Source of the DNA: Takakia lepidozioides
Taxonomy: Eukaryota > Plantae > Bryophyta
Assembly (NCBI GenBank): GCA_030704615.1
Contig: CM060734.1
Span: forward strand, 60,264,001-60,328,000
Length of the DNA stretch: 64,000 nucleotides
Direction of reading: 5' to 3'
The translations under genes and the position numbers were made by a program. Positions 1-13,822 of this stretch are shown here, one piece after another (positions within the stretch are counted from its first letter, which is position 1; each line of letters starts with the position of its first letter). The notes beneath the pieces were generated by a model, which worked only from the letters and a program-made list of their open reading frames with translations, did no database searches and had not been told where the DNA came from.

Positions 1-631
1 CCTTGATATAAACAATTAGTTCAGGTTTCAAGATTTCCTCCAGAAAGCCCTTCCCACAAGCATCAATGCACTGTGTGTGAGCTGCCCAGCAATTAGACTC
101 CAACAGGAACAGGGCTTTAGGCTCAGCCTTGAGATTTTGAAAGACAGCAAACAGAGGTGCAGGGACTATGTTCGTGATGGTCCTGAAGAAGGTCGCTCTC
201 TGATGAGAATAACCCAGACATCGTATCAGAAAATAGATATTGTCTTCAGGCCGCCCGCACCTCGGGCATTGACAATCTCCATTTTCTCTCTGCATCTGTT
301 TATTGTTCAAATGTCCCTGCCCTAAGCTTAAATTTCAGTCTAGTGCCGAGGTTAGTGGCCCCCCAAAGAGTGACAGTGAGAAAAGGAATAAAAAAGCTTG
401 TGATGTCCACCTGGAGCCTGGAGGGCCCATGGGACAAACTAGAACACCAATAATAACATGAATACAGCACAAGTATCGCCCAAAGACATACAGAAAGAGA
501 AACCGCGAGAAATCAGAATATCTAATGCGTAAAGGGTCCAAGGAGAAGGACGACAGAAACTTTGTGACCATTGTGATAAGCTCAAAGAATAAAAAGCAAG
601 ACAGGAAACAGCTATGGTGGAAGGGCTATAC

Positions 632-2995
632 CCAATTTACTGTAAGCGTTCAGTACCACAATGTAGGTGGCTTTATCAGGCATGCAGCCACGCTGATACA
701 TTTCCTCAAAGATTTGAACAGCTTCTTTGTGGCGGCTCTTACGACTGTAGACGAGTATCAAGGTGGTGTAAGTGACTCTGTCAGGGTTGACGTCATCCCG
801 CCTCATCTGTTCCAGCAGCGCTGCTGCTATCTCCCAACCTATGAACCAAATCATAAACAAAATATTGTCAAGCCATGAGATCCTGAGAGAGACAACAGTT
901 GCTATCACACAAATGCCGTATTTGCATTAGCCCTGCAAAAATAACCATTCCATTTGTGCTTCAAATGGAATCCAAAACCTCTCATTGCCATCTGCCTATC
1001 ATGATTTGCAAGGGTGACCTTCCTTAGTTGCTCTCAAACATGAAGGTGGAGAGCATACCAACTGATTGGGCGCAAGAGAAAGGTCTTAGTGGGATAGGCA
1101 ATATGTAAAAATGCTGGTGTTAGCTTAGGTCTTAGCTTGACACACCACTGCCGTAGGGTTTTCCATTGACAGCTCAACCTCATATTTTCTTTGCAAACCA
1201 GACAGAAAAGGTTTCTCATAGGCAATTTTGTGTTCAATTTGGCTATGGCAAATCCTAGAGAGCATACTGCCTGCGAAAATTCCAAAACTCCAGAGATGAT
1301 CTTGATCCCACTAGGCTACAGCTGGTGATACGTCAGTGAGAGGGGATCTTTGGGAAATTTAAGACCTGCAGTTGAGGGCAAAATGGTTTCTCCTGCATGG
1401 CCACAGAGCTTATTAACAAAGATGTTCATGAATCGGGGTATCGAAGAGTACAAGGATAGTAGAGCATGAGACAGAGACTAACCTTTTGAAGCCTTGGTAC
1501 AGCCATCAATGAGAACATTATAAGCAGTGACAGATGGACGAACCCCTACTTCTCTCATTCGCTCTAGCATTGCGATCCCCCTATGCAAGTTGCCGCTCCT
1601 GATATACGCAGAAACCATGGCTGCGTACTCGTACTGTCCCGGATACATACCCTCTTTCATCATACCTTCAAAAAGGGCTTCTGCAACATCCATCCTTCGA
1701 GCATTTCCAAGAAGAATAATCATGGTGTGGTAGATGGGCTCGTCTGGCTTTAAGCCTGTTACTCCATGCATCCAATCAAATACCTAATTGCCCCCATCAC
1801 ACAGCAATATATTACTCTCAATCTGTCTCTCTCACCATCTGTGTCTCTGCTATTAAACCCCTCCCAAGGAGTTAATGTCCACAAGGCTACAGCAAGCACT
1901 CTTGAAAACACAGTCTTTCTTTGAAAGACAGTTGCAGATTCCATGCACATGAGCAGCTGATATGGAGGTACAATTTAGAAAGATTCTATTACCAACATTC
2001 AGCCGTCAAAAAGCATTTGAGGTGTTTCCAGAGGGAGGAAGCATGAGACACACAGCAAGAGAGACAGCTAGACAAAATGGGCTACAAAGAACCCGATCTA
2101 GGGGAGCGCTGTTAAGAGGAGCAGGGGAAAAAATGAAATCACATCTGCAGGGAACAGAAAGACAGAAAGAAAGATAGTGTATAACATCCAGACAGGTAGA
2201 GAGAGAGTATGGACTTCAATCTGTAACAAAAACAGACATCAGCTTGACATCATATTCTTCGAAATCAGGAATACTTGAAAGCTCACAAACCTGCAAGGCA
2301 GTCAGCCACTCCTTCTGTAACCCAAGCTCTGTCAGCACTTGCTTTAAGTCTGCCATTGTCACTTTCCCCACAAACTCGGCCATGGTTCTTGCCACGCCTG
2401 TGCTGCTGCGCATGCTAGAGAGTGCTACTAGGACCTGTTGCACAATGTCAGGTTTCTTGGCAGTAGCTTGGTGGCTACGCAAGTTTGCTACGCCTAAGTC
2501 CCTTTGCCAGGGACTCCCATATGCCAAGAGTCGTTGGAGCGGGACTTCCCGAGCAAGGCTTCCTCCCCATTCTAGGTAAGATCCCCCCCTCTCTGCGATT
2601 GTTCCTCTGCTTTTCTCTACCCTCCCACCCTGTGTAGCCACCTTTGCAAGGGCTCCCTGCAAAGTTTTCTCCCTCTGATCATCAACAACCCCCAGACTCT
2701 TTGAGGCCTTGTCTTTAGCCTCTGATTGCTCAGTCACTCGCTGTGCAAGCGCCTCCAGGACTCTTTTTATTGTTAGCTTCATATCCTTTGAGTCTACTTG
2801 TGGTGTGGGAGAGGAGACCATTTCTTCCGCTTGGAACGGGTCAACTCCTGCATGCACATGCCCACGGACACAGTCCCCATTCAAGAAAATTGCAATCAGT
2901 GGTAGTGATTGATTGCCTCTGTCTCTCTCCTCCCATCTCAATATTTTATGGTTTCCAATGTATTGCCGGTTCTCTGTGAAGCTGTGCCCATGCAA
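632..2995 (-). CDS. Pentatricopeptide-repeat (P-type PPR) protein gene, partial; continues beyond the window start
   Basis: GT-AG exons at ~2995/2821-2291, 1783-1483 and 838-632 splice in frame: ...KEWLTALQ|VFDWMHGVTGLKPDEPIYHTMIILLG...VRPSVTAYNVLIDGCTKASKG|WEIAAALLEQMRRDDVNPDRVTYTTLI... These are consecutive 35-aa PPR motifs. The true start codon is uncertain. Confidence 0.9.
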
Positions 2996-4153
2996 GCCTC
3001 TTTTGGAGCTTGTGCTCTACGCAGATGCAGCAAAAAGGGGAAGAGAACGAGAGAAGACAAGAGTAGAAGGCGAAACCCAGCCATAAAAGAGGTGTCGAGA
3101 GTCAACTGGTTCTTAATGTGTGGTTATCTAGCGACTTTAGAGTCCTTTGCGGGGGAGTTTTGATGCAACCACGTTGCCGTGGTTAGGGCCCTTAGAAGGT
3201 GTCCGCCTTCCAAACGGAAGGCAGTAGCCCTTTGGGGTGAAGTGCCACCATAAGTTATGCCTGCTTTGGCAGCAGTCTTCCTCCTCTCTAGAAGGCGAAA
3301 TCAAGAGAACCCGTTAAGATAGAGGAAGGTTATCTGAGGAAAAAAAGAGAAATTCTTGGTTCAGATTCAAGGAAAGCAGTAATGCAGGAGAAAAGACCAT
3401 TTGCAGTTGTATTAGCCAAGATAGTGGCTTGTGCATGTCCAGGCATCGAATCTGCTGGAGCTTGCCTCAATCGATCACCTCCTCCTTGAGCACCTCTCTT
3501 TGTGAAAGCTGGAGATCGCCGCCGCAATGGTTTGACAGCATTGGACAAGCATGTTGCATCACTGGGGGACTCCAAGGCAAGTTGTGATTCCTCCACACCT
3601 AGGTCTGTCACATTCACTTTGTTCCATAAGACATCTAACAGCATCCAATCAGCTATAGGAGGGAGCTGACACCCCTCAAACCAAATTAACAAATGAAAAT
3701 AAACTGATTACCATGATGCTTCTCCCATATTTCTCCCCTATTTTGGGGAAGTACTCATTTGTTCTCTTGCTTTCCCAACAGCATGTTCTGCTCTGTAGTA
3801 TTGTGGACCACGAGAGAGAAACAAACAACAAACTTTACAACGTGGGTGAGGTAGAAAAACAAGTGCTTGAATTTAAGATTTGCTAGCAATGATGCTTTAG
3901 CAGCCTGTACATCTCAAATTTCTGTAACGGGATTGTCAATAATTTTGGGTTGAGTCTCGGGGTAGCTGGACCCTCACCAGCTCTGGTCGGGTGAGTATCC
4001 ACAGGACTATACCCATTCAGAATATGTTACAAGGAGTTTGCAGTCAAAGAGAAGCCAGTGGCTGTTGTTTGGGGAAGACTTCCTACTCTTGGCAAAACTT
4101 TCTGCCCTCTCTCTCTCTTTCGTTTGATGCAGTACAGCTCCCAATTTGGCGCA

Positions 4154-4215
4154 GATGCGACACTGCAAGTCATACACACACACACACACACACACAGAGA
4201 GTGTGTGTGTGTGTG
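4154..4215. repeat. (CA)n tract followed almost directly by (GT)n, a self-complementary microsatellite
   Basis: acacacac...cacagagagtgtgtgtgtgtgtgt. Confidence 0.85.
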
Positions 4216-4218
4216 TTA

Positions 4219-5004
4219 CCGTAGATAAGAGAGGCGTGGTAAAAGGTTCAAACCAGCATTTGTAGGATTTGTTGCGATACAATCTGGAGCAGTGCGAATG
4301 GTTGCAAGAAGCGTCCCTTTCTCTGCCCTTGGTCCGAACCCAGAGCTTTTCGCCAGGCCAAGCATTCCGCGGTTTACTGATTTTATCTTCAGCCTCAGAT
4401 TGCTTGCACACTTGAGCCTCACTCCAGCCCTGATAAGTTCAATACCATAACCCCCTCGATTTCCCAACCCCTTCTCTTCAATCACCCATGCTCCAGTCTG
4501 CCTTCTATCCGCTGGGACATGCTCTTTTAGAGAAGTGCGGGCTCTGTCCAAAGGCCCACTCTCAGCTATACCTCGGGCACCAAGCGCGAGAGAAGCACTA
4601 GAGACTTCCATCAGGCGCCTTGGGTCTGTCTCTCCTACGTCAACTCTTCATCTTTCTTGATAGACGTTTTGAGTGTCTGCCCATATCTTTGATCTCTCTG
4701 CACTCAAGATCATCCCTGCTAGATGAATCTCGAAATGGCAAAACCGGTTTGATGCTTCATCTTCCACTAAACAGCTGTGACCCGGAAGTACATAGGCAGC
4801 GCCTTTCTTCACATATTGTGATGAACTTTCACTCAATACCTGGGCTGACACGCTTTCCTTCAAGCCATCCACTGACAATTTCGCCCTCAATATTTCTCTT
4901 TGGCTTTCTCTGTCCAAGCTAACATATAGTTTACCTGCCTGAGCTTCACTACCAGTCTCCAGAGCAGCACCCACCTGGGAAGATGACCCATCGAATGTCC
5001 TCAA
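4219..5004 (-). pseudogene. Long reading frame broken by one in-frame TGA (4648-4650); possible upstream exon of the PPR gene or a decayed exon
   Basis: ORFs 4648..5004 and 4216..4611 share a frame, separated by one stop (YQER*RVDVGETDPRRLMEVSS). The frame ends at a candidate GT donor (ctacg|gtaac). No recognisable domain. Confidence 0.3.
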
Positions 5005-8000
5005 AACAGCCCAATTTCAAGAACTCCGTATTAATTTCACGCTTCAAACCGACCTCCCTCCCTCCCTCACATTCTCTCCCGCTCCGCTGCAAAGATTTTC
5101 ACGAGACGTTCTGTGTCTCGTTCTTCATCACCCGGGGCTACATTAGCAGGGTTTACCACTGGGTTTAATGTCCAATTCAATGTGTCTGTAAGTTTAGAGG
5201 CCGCCCTCTAACCTGGGCCGAGTTACTGATTAGATAGTCGATAACTGCAAAATATCTTGCGTCCATATGGAAATCTCCTCTTTCTACCCGAACATCTCAC
5301 AGATGTGAAGAAAGGCGAAAGAGAGATGGGGATAGTGAGAGGGGACACGCCCAACTTTCTGTACGTTGCATTACGCACAATCAGATCTGCCAACCCCTTC
5401 TGCTCTCCACATATCACAGCACTCCGCAACCACCCAACAGAATCTGTGAAGATCAAACACAGTATTCTTTGAGCTTTCCACCTCCATTACGCTCTCCAAC
5501 CACCCACACTAGCGTTCTGGATAGGCATTTGCTACGTGGCTTCATATAATTGGCTAATTCAGTTCGCGGCAGGTCTGTTAACTCTTTTCTTTCTTTCTTT
5601 CTTTTACTCTTAGAAGGGGTTGGACTCCATAGCTTGCACTCCAAGTTCTCTCTGAATCTTCATTTGTCTTCTGCCCTTGCGTTACATGAGAGAACCAAAA
5701 TATGTAAAGTGACTAGTGTTAAAGTAGATGCGGCATTGTGGTCTTTGGACTTTTGAGATTTGCAGTTGCGGCTAACATCAGGCAGAAAGCACTTTATCCA
5801 ATCCACTATTGTTGCTGTAGCTCGCAGTTTCAGAAATCGATTAAATATGAGTTAGTGGTGGGTCGTGTCTCTTCACGTATGTGATCTTTTCTTGCCTTGC
5901 CATTTTTAATTTGGCTTGCTCTCGTTCAGCTTTTCTCCAGTTCAGTTTACAGGAGCTGGTTTGCTCAGAACTGACCCTTTTTAGAACTAAGTCAACTTGG
6001 GTATCGTGCTGCTGAAATCTTGGGCATCCACCTTGACAACCGCCGGGCCCGACATTTTTGCAAGGCCTTTCATGAGTTTCGAGGGAGTTGAAGTAAGGCT
6101 TACATGTTGTCTGTAACCTGTGGGTGTCGGAACTGCACATGGTTCTTGTGTTCCTCAACCACTCTGTTTTAACCAACGCTCCTGTTTGCCTTCTATTAGT
6201 TCTTGGAGTATCTCCTCAAGTATGTGAAGCTTCCGGTACATTTCTGTCCTTTCCATTCATTGCATGAGGAGAGAGAGGCAGGTGCTCAATTGGATGGCTT
6301 GTTGGGAGTCATGGCTCCTGTGAAATTTTATTTGAGAAATATCCACCAGATATTCCACTGGCGTAGAATGGTGGAACGGCTTGCATATCCTTTTCCTTGC
6401 TGTTAAACTGCCAGTCTTGCAAAACCAAGTTTCCGGAAGCCGCAAGCTCTACCCATTTCGCGTTTGCATTCATTTGCTCCTTCACATACGCTTCCTGCTG
6501 CTATGATTGAACATTCGCAGATAGATACCCATTGTGACAACCAACAATCTAGACTTGAATGAAACTCATGCCCTGCATTATCATTTACAAGTTTTCGATT
6601 CACGTTGCCCGGCGTGGAAACCCTTATTGCACAAAATGGCAAAACTCGTGTAGTTCAAACAGCCAGTCCTCATGAAGCCCACGCCCAGCTTGAAGCATAG
6701 GTAAAGGTCGAGTGAAGTCTTTTGGAACAGAGGCCATGTTTCTGTACTTCCAGTGTGTATGTACTTCGGTTGGCTTGGCATCCAGGTGCAAGCCTCCTCC
6801 TCTCTTCTGGCTGTTCTGGGAAAGACCATGCAATTACTTTGTTCCAAGTTTTAGTTTTCTGTTCTTACGAGTTCCTACACAGGGATCATAAAGTTCCCCG
6901 TCCTTGATGAGGGTAGGCACGTAGACACATACGACAATTGCTGCTTCTTCAATGTGATGCCAGGAGGGTGCTCTCCTTTCATATTCACTGAGCAGAAGTT
7001 GAACACCATATGGTTATCAACAACGACACTCTGAATACTTGGGACCAATTCTGCAAGGACGGTCTTGGAGTCACCTACACAGCCTGCATGTAGTTTTCAT
7101 TCCCGCTTTACAGCCATGGCTAGCCTGCAAGGCTTGTCTGTAGCTGCCTTCTCGAGCATTCTCACTGCTTAGTGGTCACTTCCTTTTTAACCGCCAAGGC
7201 ACAAGTTTGGAGTTGAGGTATGGTAATAGCTGGTTGTCTATGGCATGTGAGTTTAGACACATTAGAAGGCAACAATCCATCTTGTTTTCCACTCCCTCCC
7301 CCACTGTTCAACTCCTTTCTATCATATCGAACACCCTGTGTGTGTGTCTGTCAATTACCTTCTTGTTGTTGCTGCAAAATAATTAACTCCATGCCATAGG
7401 TCTGATCCATATGTTGGTGAATCAGGATACTGCACAGCCACCAACATCACACTTTGGAGCTGGGCAGAGAATATGTAGAGATATAGGAGAAGTTTCATCT
7501 GCAAGGACCCAACTTGGAACCGCTAAGAACAAGCAAACATATGCACACCCTGCATCCACCTTCCAGCTTCCATTAACTCTGCACTGTGGTGATTAGACAG
7601 AGACACCTTTTTACTTAAGTAAATATATATGGAAGCAGGCAAGAAAATGTATGGCAAAAAACGCATACTGCTGCTATATACACAGGATCCATCCATGTCA
7701 TTCCATAATGCCATACAAGATGAAAAAAACTGAACCATCATATGCATAAATTTCCTCTTATTCTCGCGTCTAGGAAGTTTCCTGAGAAGTTCAGGATTAT
7801 ATCTGACAAACAATCCTCTGCAGGGGCCCATGAAAACACTCACAGCTACTCATTTCCAATCCCAGGTCGACATTTCCAAAATGTAGAAAGGATGTGGAGG
7901 CACGAACACACTTCTACAGGGCAGGCACTACAACTGGGGCAAGACTATATTAGCCCTTGGTATATATCCACCAAGAGCATAATATCATGTTCTCCCCCTC

Positions 8001-8160
8001 AGCAATACTTACAAAATTAAACACAAATATTGTACCTGGCAACTGTAAAAATGAGTACAAAATTAGCAATCCCAACAAGTCTGAGAGAACATCTGGGAGA
8101 ACAAGAAAATGTCACAGCGCTTGTCATCTTGAACCAGCTCCATTTCAACCCCAATGCTCA

Positions 8161-11100
8161 TCAAGTTTCACAGATGAAGACAGACTCCACATTTGAGTTG
8201 CTGCAATACAAGCAGGGGTGCTGCTTGAAGCCTTGCTTGGCTAGCACTTTGCGCACTTCCAGGATTAAGTCACGGTTACTGATGGTGGACGGAGTTTGGG
8301 CCAACACAGTTTGAATTGCATTACTGAATGCCCCATAGGACTCAGCTGTGTTGTTCGATGGGTTAGCGTCCGCAGATGTCTCATCCGACTGACACCCACT
8401 AAGCAGAATACCAACATCAGGGTCCACACGAGTGGGGCGAGGTGGACCTGCCTGTTCCGCAGGTGCCACGTAGCTGGCAGCTTCATCCTCACTTTGGCCA
8501 CTTAGTTTTGCCTTGAGGAACTGAGTAGCTAAACTGGAAACAGTTCCCATCCATCCACCACCTTGCCCTCCTCCACTCTGCAGAAATAACCAGTCTCGTG
8601 AGCACAGCTTGGAGTACAACCCCCCTTTCTTAAGACTAGCATGATCGCCCCTTTCCCTGTCCTGTCTACAGTGTGGAGGGCATACATAGCTACAGGCCAC
8701 AGCCTCTCTCTCTCTCTCACTCTCTCTCTCACTCTAGGCTCTCTGGCTAGGCAAACGTCTTATGAGTACATTTTCTCTCTCTAGGCCACAAGGCTACGGA
8801 AAACGTCTTATGAGTATGTTTTCTCTCACAAGGGGCCTACGGCCACAAGGCTCCGGTAAACATCATCCTATTGAGTACATTCTCATACCCAATTCCCAGC
8901 CATCGAAATATACTGAATACACTTTCACCATACAGTGGTGGGTGTTCAGTCCACAGATGCATTACGTTTTCTCTCACAAGGGGTCTATGGCCACAAGGCT
9001 CCGGTAAACATCATCCTATGAGTACATTCTCATACCCAATTCCCAGCCATCGAAATATACTGAATACACTTTTACCATACAGTGGTGGGTTTACAGTCCA
9101 CAGACGCATCTCAATCAGCAATGAGGCTTTTAAAGGTGCTTCCACACTTGACACTCACTGAAGTTGAAAAGGAAGTTTCTATCCAGATCTTACCTGCACC
9201 TGTGTGAGGAGAACATTCATAAACATCTTCACAGTAGGACTGGCCTGGTCCCCAAACATGTCAAATAGGGTTGTCCGGATGTTTCCGACAGAAACATTCT
9301 GTCCTGACCGCTGACTCAAAATCTCTGTCAAAGATTCAATTGGAATATTTCGAGACTTCTGCCTTGGTGCAGCTGCCCCGTAACCGACTTCTCCATATCT
9401 ACCACCATCATGGATTGGCCGACTACCCTCATAACCACCTGCCTCCTGGTGACCATGACCATAGCTTGCCTGACTACTCTTGTAACCTCCTGCTTCATAA
9501 CCACCATAGCCTCCTTCCTCTGCTCTCTTCTGCTGTAGCATTTCAAAAGCGTAACTGGTTTATTCCAATTCACTGAACTAAGAGCCAGCTCAAGCAGTAA
9601 GCTGCAACTAACTCCAGGACCTGAAACTGCCCGTGAGCTCTGACACAGATCCAGAGGCAGAAATAACAATAGGAAACCAGCTGACAGCCCACTACCTTGT
9701 CGTCATCACAACCTTGTCTAGACGGCATGAGTTTGATCCAGCCAACTCACACCACAAATACATATTGCAAAAATCGACAACCCAAGAATTGCAATTAGCT
9801 GCAAAAATGAACCTTTAACAATCACAATCGAAGTACTCATCGTAAAGACACGAACAAAGGCCCACAACATTAGGTGGAACTCGCAGGCAGCAATTCCCTG
9901 CTTGTATGCAACCAAAGCAAGCTCCCATTCATCCCATCCTCACAACCAGCAAGAATAACGTGGCAGAGCATCTCAACTTGAATGGTGCAACCATAGTTTC
10001 AAATTGCAAGTGTAACCTCTTACCTGATTGCCATATCCTTCCGCATACGCTCCTTCAGTGCGGCTCAGCCATTCTCCTCTATAGCCTTCCTCACCGTGGG
10101 ATCGTCCTTCACCTCTGTAACCCTCATCTCCATAAACTCTTCCCTCTCCTCCTCCATAGCCATCTTCACCATGCCGCCTTCCCCCCTTACCTCTGTCCTC
10201 CTCTCCATATCCTCTACCCCCCTCTCCTTCATAGACCTCCTCTCTCCGGAGTCTACCCTCTTCTCCATAGCCATCTTCTCCATGGCGTCTCTCTCCTCTG
10301 TAGCCCTCCTCTCCAGTGCGAACCCCCTCTCCTCCATAGCCCTCCCCTCCATAACGCCTCTCTCCTCTGTAGCCCTCCTCTCCAGTGCGTCTTCCTCCTT
10401 CATAGGCCTCCTCCTTGTGGTGCCTCACGCCTTCCCCACCATAACCTCTTTCTACAGCCTGTCTACCCTCTTCCTCATCCCTATCTGACCTTTCATACTG
10501 TCTCCCTCCCTGACTTGGAATTTCAAAGTCCCTTGTTTGAACCCCCTTGTTGCCTACCCCCTTGTCGCCTACCCCCTTGTCGCCTACGGCTGACAGCCCC
10601 TGGGAAACCATCCCCATCAAGCCTGACCGTGGTGCTCCATCACCTTGGCCCCCTGCATATGCCTGCAGACCCTGAGAGAGTAATCCCATGAACCCTGCTC
10701 CTCCGCCATTTCCACCTCCAGTTCCAGCTCCAGCTCCACCCCCAGTTCCACCTCCGGTGTGTCCACCTCCAGCACCTCCACTTGCAGAGTGACTAGCCCC
10801 AATCTGTTCCGTTTCATTGTCAATTAGACCCCCACTATGGCAGGAATCGGAAATCATATAGAAGGTAACACCTGCCGGAATTTGGTTCACCAGGTCTCTA
10901 AAATCATCGTCTGTAGACACGCAAAGTGTTCACATATTAGTCGAAATGCAAAACTGGTAAATGAGCTGGTAGAGCTGTGAAAGGTTTCATCTGCTTAGAA
11001 AATGGAACTCGGACACAAAGACAGATTATCAAAGTCAAAATCACAGAAAGAGAGAAACCTGTGAGAAGATTCATATCAGTCGGCACAATCGCTTCCTCGG

Positions 11101-12261
11101 ATCCAGTGGCATCAGTCGCTCCAGACTCTTGGGGCACCTATTGAAATGTGACCAAGTTTTACACGCCGAAACACAGTCTAAGGAACAGAAAGAGACTCCA
11201 ACACCTACTTGATTCCAAGAGTACGTCGATCAGTTGGTTTCTATGCCAAGGATGGGCAAATTTACACTGGGTGGGCGAACCCATAATTATGGTAAGAAGG
11301 TAATGACGAAAAGGAGATAGCTATATTAGACCCCCGGTTATTCGACAACGTCTGTTGGGTTCGAATGTCGTCGTGGAACTCTGGAAGACGAGTCCTCTGA
11401 AGCAAATATGGTCTGCATCTTCCAGCTAGAAGCAATGCCTTCTTACACATATGTGCAGTTCATTTCATGAGCTGGCATTAGATTGGATACTGGAACAAAA
11501 GTACAACAGCCACTAAGAAGACAGTGTTACAGAAGCGACTTTTCCACTACAGAGCTACTTCATGAAGCTCAGTTTCCGTAGGACATCGGAATGCAATCGT
11601 ACTAAGATATGCACATATCATCCTCCAATGACAAACACAATTAGCCCCCATCACTTACGAAGAGCATTTGGAACAGTAGCTTCTCTGGTTGAGTAGCTTA
11701 CTGTAGCTTTTGTTTTGTTCTCTAGCTCAGTAGCTTACTATAGCTTTTGTTTTCTTCTCTTGTTTTTTGTTCCTCCCCCCCCCCCCACTTTTTTTGGGAA
11801 CTTCTCATCCTATGTACGTTCACCCATTGTACATGTTGTAAATAAAGTCTTACGGGGTTTCATCATCATAGAACAGAGCGACAGAAAACGCTTCACCCAC
11901 TGTGAATGTGGGCAGCTCGGATGCCTATGTCAGTAGCAGGTGCGATCTAAACCTGCGAAGAATGCACTTTCAGCCACATCACACTCTCTCTTACCTGTGT
12001 GCCATGGCCACTGTAATGAAACACCAGCACGTCCCCAGATTCAGACCCTTTGATGAGCTTCCCCAACGACGATCGGATGTTAGCCCCAGTAGGCTGAGGA
12101 CCGCTCTTCTCAGTGTCAAGAAGCACCAGAATGTCTCTCTGGTCAAAACCAAAGCGCTCTATCAGAGTTTTCTGCATACGCTTCACATCATTGGAACATC
12201 CATGAAGCTCAACCTTTGTACCCGGGTAGTTGCACCCCACTAGCAGCGCCCTCTTCGACAT
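8161..12261 (-). CDS. Type II metacaspase, 5 exons, ~662 aa, with an expanded Gly/Glu/Arg/Tyr-rich linker
   Basis: Exons 12261-11995, 11137-11059, 10910-10024, 9532-9194 and 8577-8161 join in frame at GT-AG sites. N-terminus [14 protein letters not shown]. Catalytic His in HYSGHGTQ, catalytic Cys in [12 protein letters not shown]. p10 domain [16 protein letters not shown]...YGAFSNAIQ...QHPCLYCS. Confidence 0.95.
8690..9110 (+). repeat. Intronic cluster of LINE 3'-tail motifs beside a (CT)n tract, including a ~149-bp tandem duplication (about 8822-8970 and 8970-9110)
   Basis: Repeated ggccacaaggct(a/c)cgg(c/t)aaac..tatgagtaca matches the 3' end of the LINE at ~25505-25545. Two near-identical units follow. 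Confidence 0.8.
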
Positions 12262-13822
12262 GATTTTTCTCAGTCAATGCAGCCCACCCACAACACAATC
12301 AATCAATCAATCTCTCTCTCACTCTCTCTCACTCTCACGCTTCTCCTACACAAACACGATCGCTGCGCCCTCTCCTTGTATGATCGAACACAACCCAACT
12401 TCTACTCCGCCACTGAATATGCTTGAGACTTAGTGCTGAGGCTAGCCCCGTCTGATTTATCCCACGCGTCCAGGTACGCGTTGAACACCGACAGAATCTT
12501 GCGGCACAGCTGGACACTTCACCGACCACACAATCCCATACCATCCAATGCTCTTCCGATACGTCGCAGGGTCTCATCATGCGAGTCGACTGCCTGGCAG
12601 CTGTCGTGGAGACATTCACGAGAGAGATCAACTGGCATCTTCTCCCCGAGGGCCCACTTCACAAACATTCAAGTGTTGTTGAAAAACGACTGGATTGAAA
12701 ACAGCAAATGTCATGTGGACACTTTACAGTGTGTCACGTCGATGAGATGGCGCTGCCTCCATGGAATGTTAACCTACATGGCCAATTTGTCGTCACACTT
12801 CTCAAGTAAAAGTTTGCATCCTTCCCTCCACCGAGTCCACTCTCTCTCTCTTATCAAAGCTTTCCAACGTCCTCTCCGGGTATGAGCTTACCAAATGGTT
12901 GTCAATAAAACTAGCAAGCCTCTCATACATCTAAACTATGGAAGCAGCATGAGGTCCTCCAATGATCTGCAAAATGTGGTGAATGGCTGCCACCATGTCA
13001 AAGTGGACTTGAAAGGCCCTTGCTTGAGCTGAAATCGTGCTATAAATTCCGATATAATATGCTGTCAAGCTCATGCTCAAAGCAACAAGTACATTTTGCC
13101 ATAGTTGGACCATGCGAAGAAATTGGGAAGCAAATTTTGAAGGAGCCGAGAGGAGAGGAGAAGAGAGGAGAGGAGGAGATGAGACAGAAGAAAAATATGG
13201 CAGCAAGCCAAGAGCTCCACCAAATGCATCACTTGGACACTTTATACTGGGGTTCAACAAAAATACCATTTGTAGCAAATTAGGTGACAGATTCACAGAC
13301 ATCCTCAGTGTGTTCATGAGGCGCATGGCAAACCCCATCTGTTTTCATGTCTTGTGCTCAATGAAAGGTTGATGCACGCAGAGGTATTATTTCAGGAAAA
13401 AACTCAGGCAAACATTACATGCATTGTTTGCATCAATGCTTTTCTGTCTCCTAAAGTTTATGTTCTTCAAGCAAGCTAGTGGAACTTGTCATAGGCAGAG
13501 AACCAAGCCTCTTCACCACTCGTGAGAACTGGCAGGCTCCCCCTGCAGGGTATTTGTGCAAACTCTGGAAAATGCTGCGCATGAAAGGATTTTCCATATT
13601 TTCCATATTCACGTACAGTAATCAACCCTCACTTAGAGGGAGCCTTTGGCAAACTGCTATATTACAAGTGGTATGTTAGTGGGAGAATTCGCCAGAATCT
13701 ACTAGACTCTCTCAGAAGTAACAACCACTACATGTGAGAATCAGACTACCAATCCTACAGTGTTAAATGTGAGGGGGTTGCCATCATACAATTCAGCAGG
13801 AAGCAGCAGCTAAAATTACACA

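Noticed and set aside
5840-7140. Possible decayed transposase or gene remnant on the minus strand
   Set aside because: Coding-like fragments with a weak Cys pattern, but no motif I can assign.
9906-10691. 261-aa Pro/Leu/His-rich plus-strand ORF
   Set aside because: It is the antisense shadow of the repetitive metacaspase exon 3.
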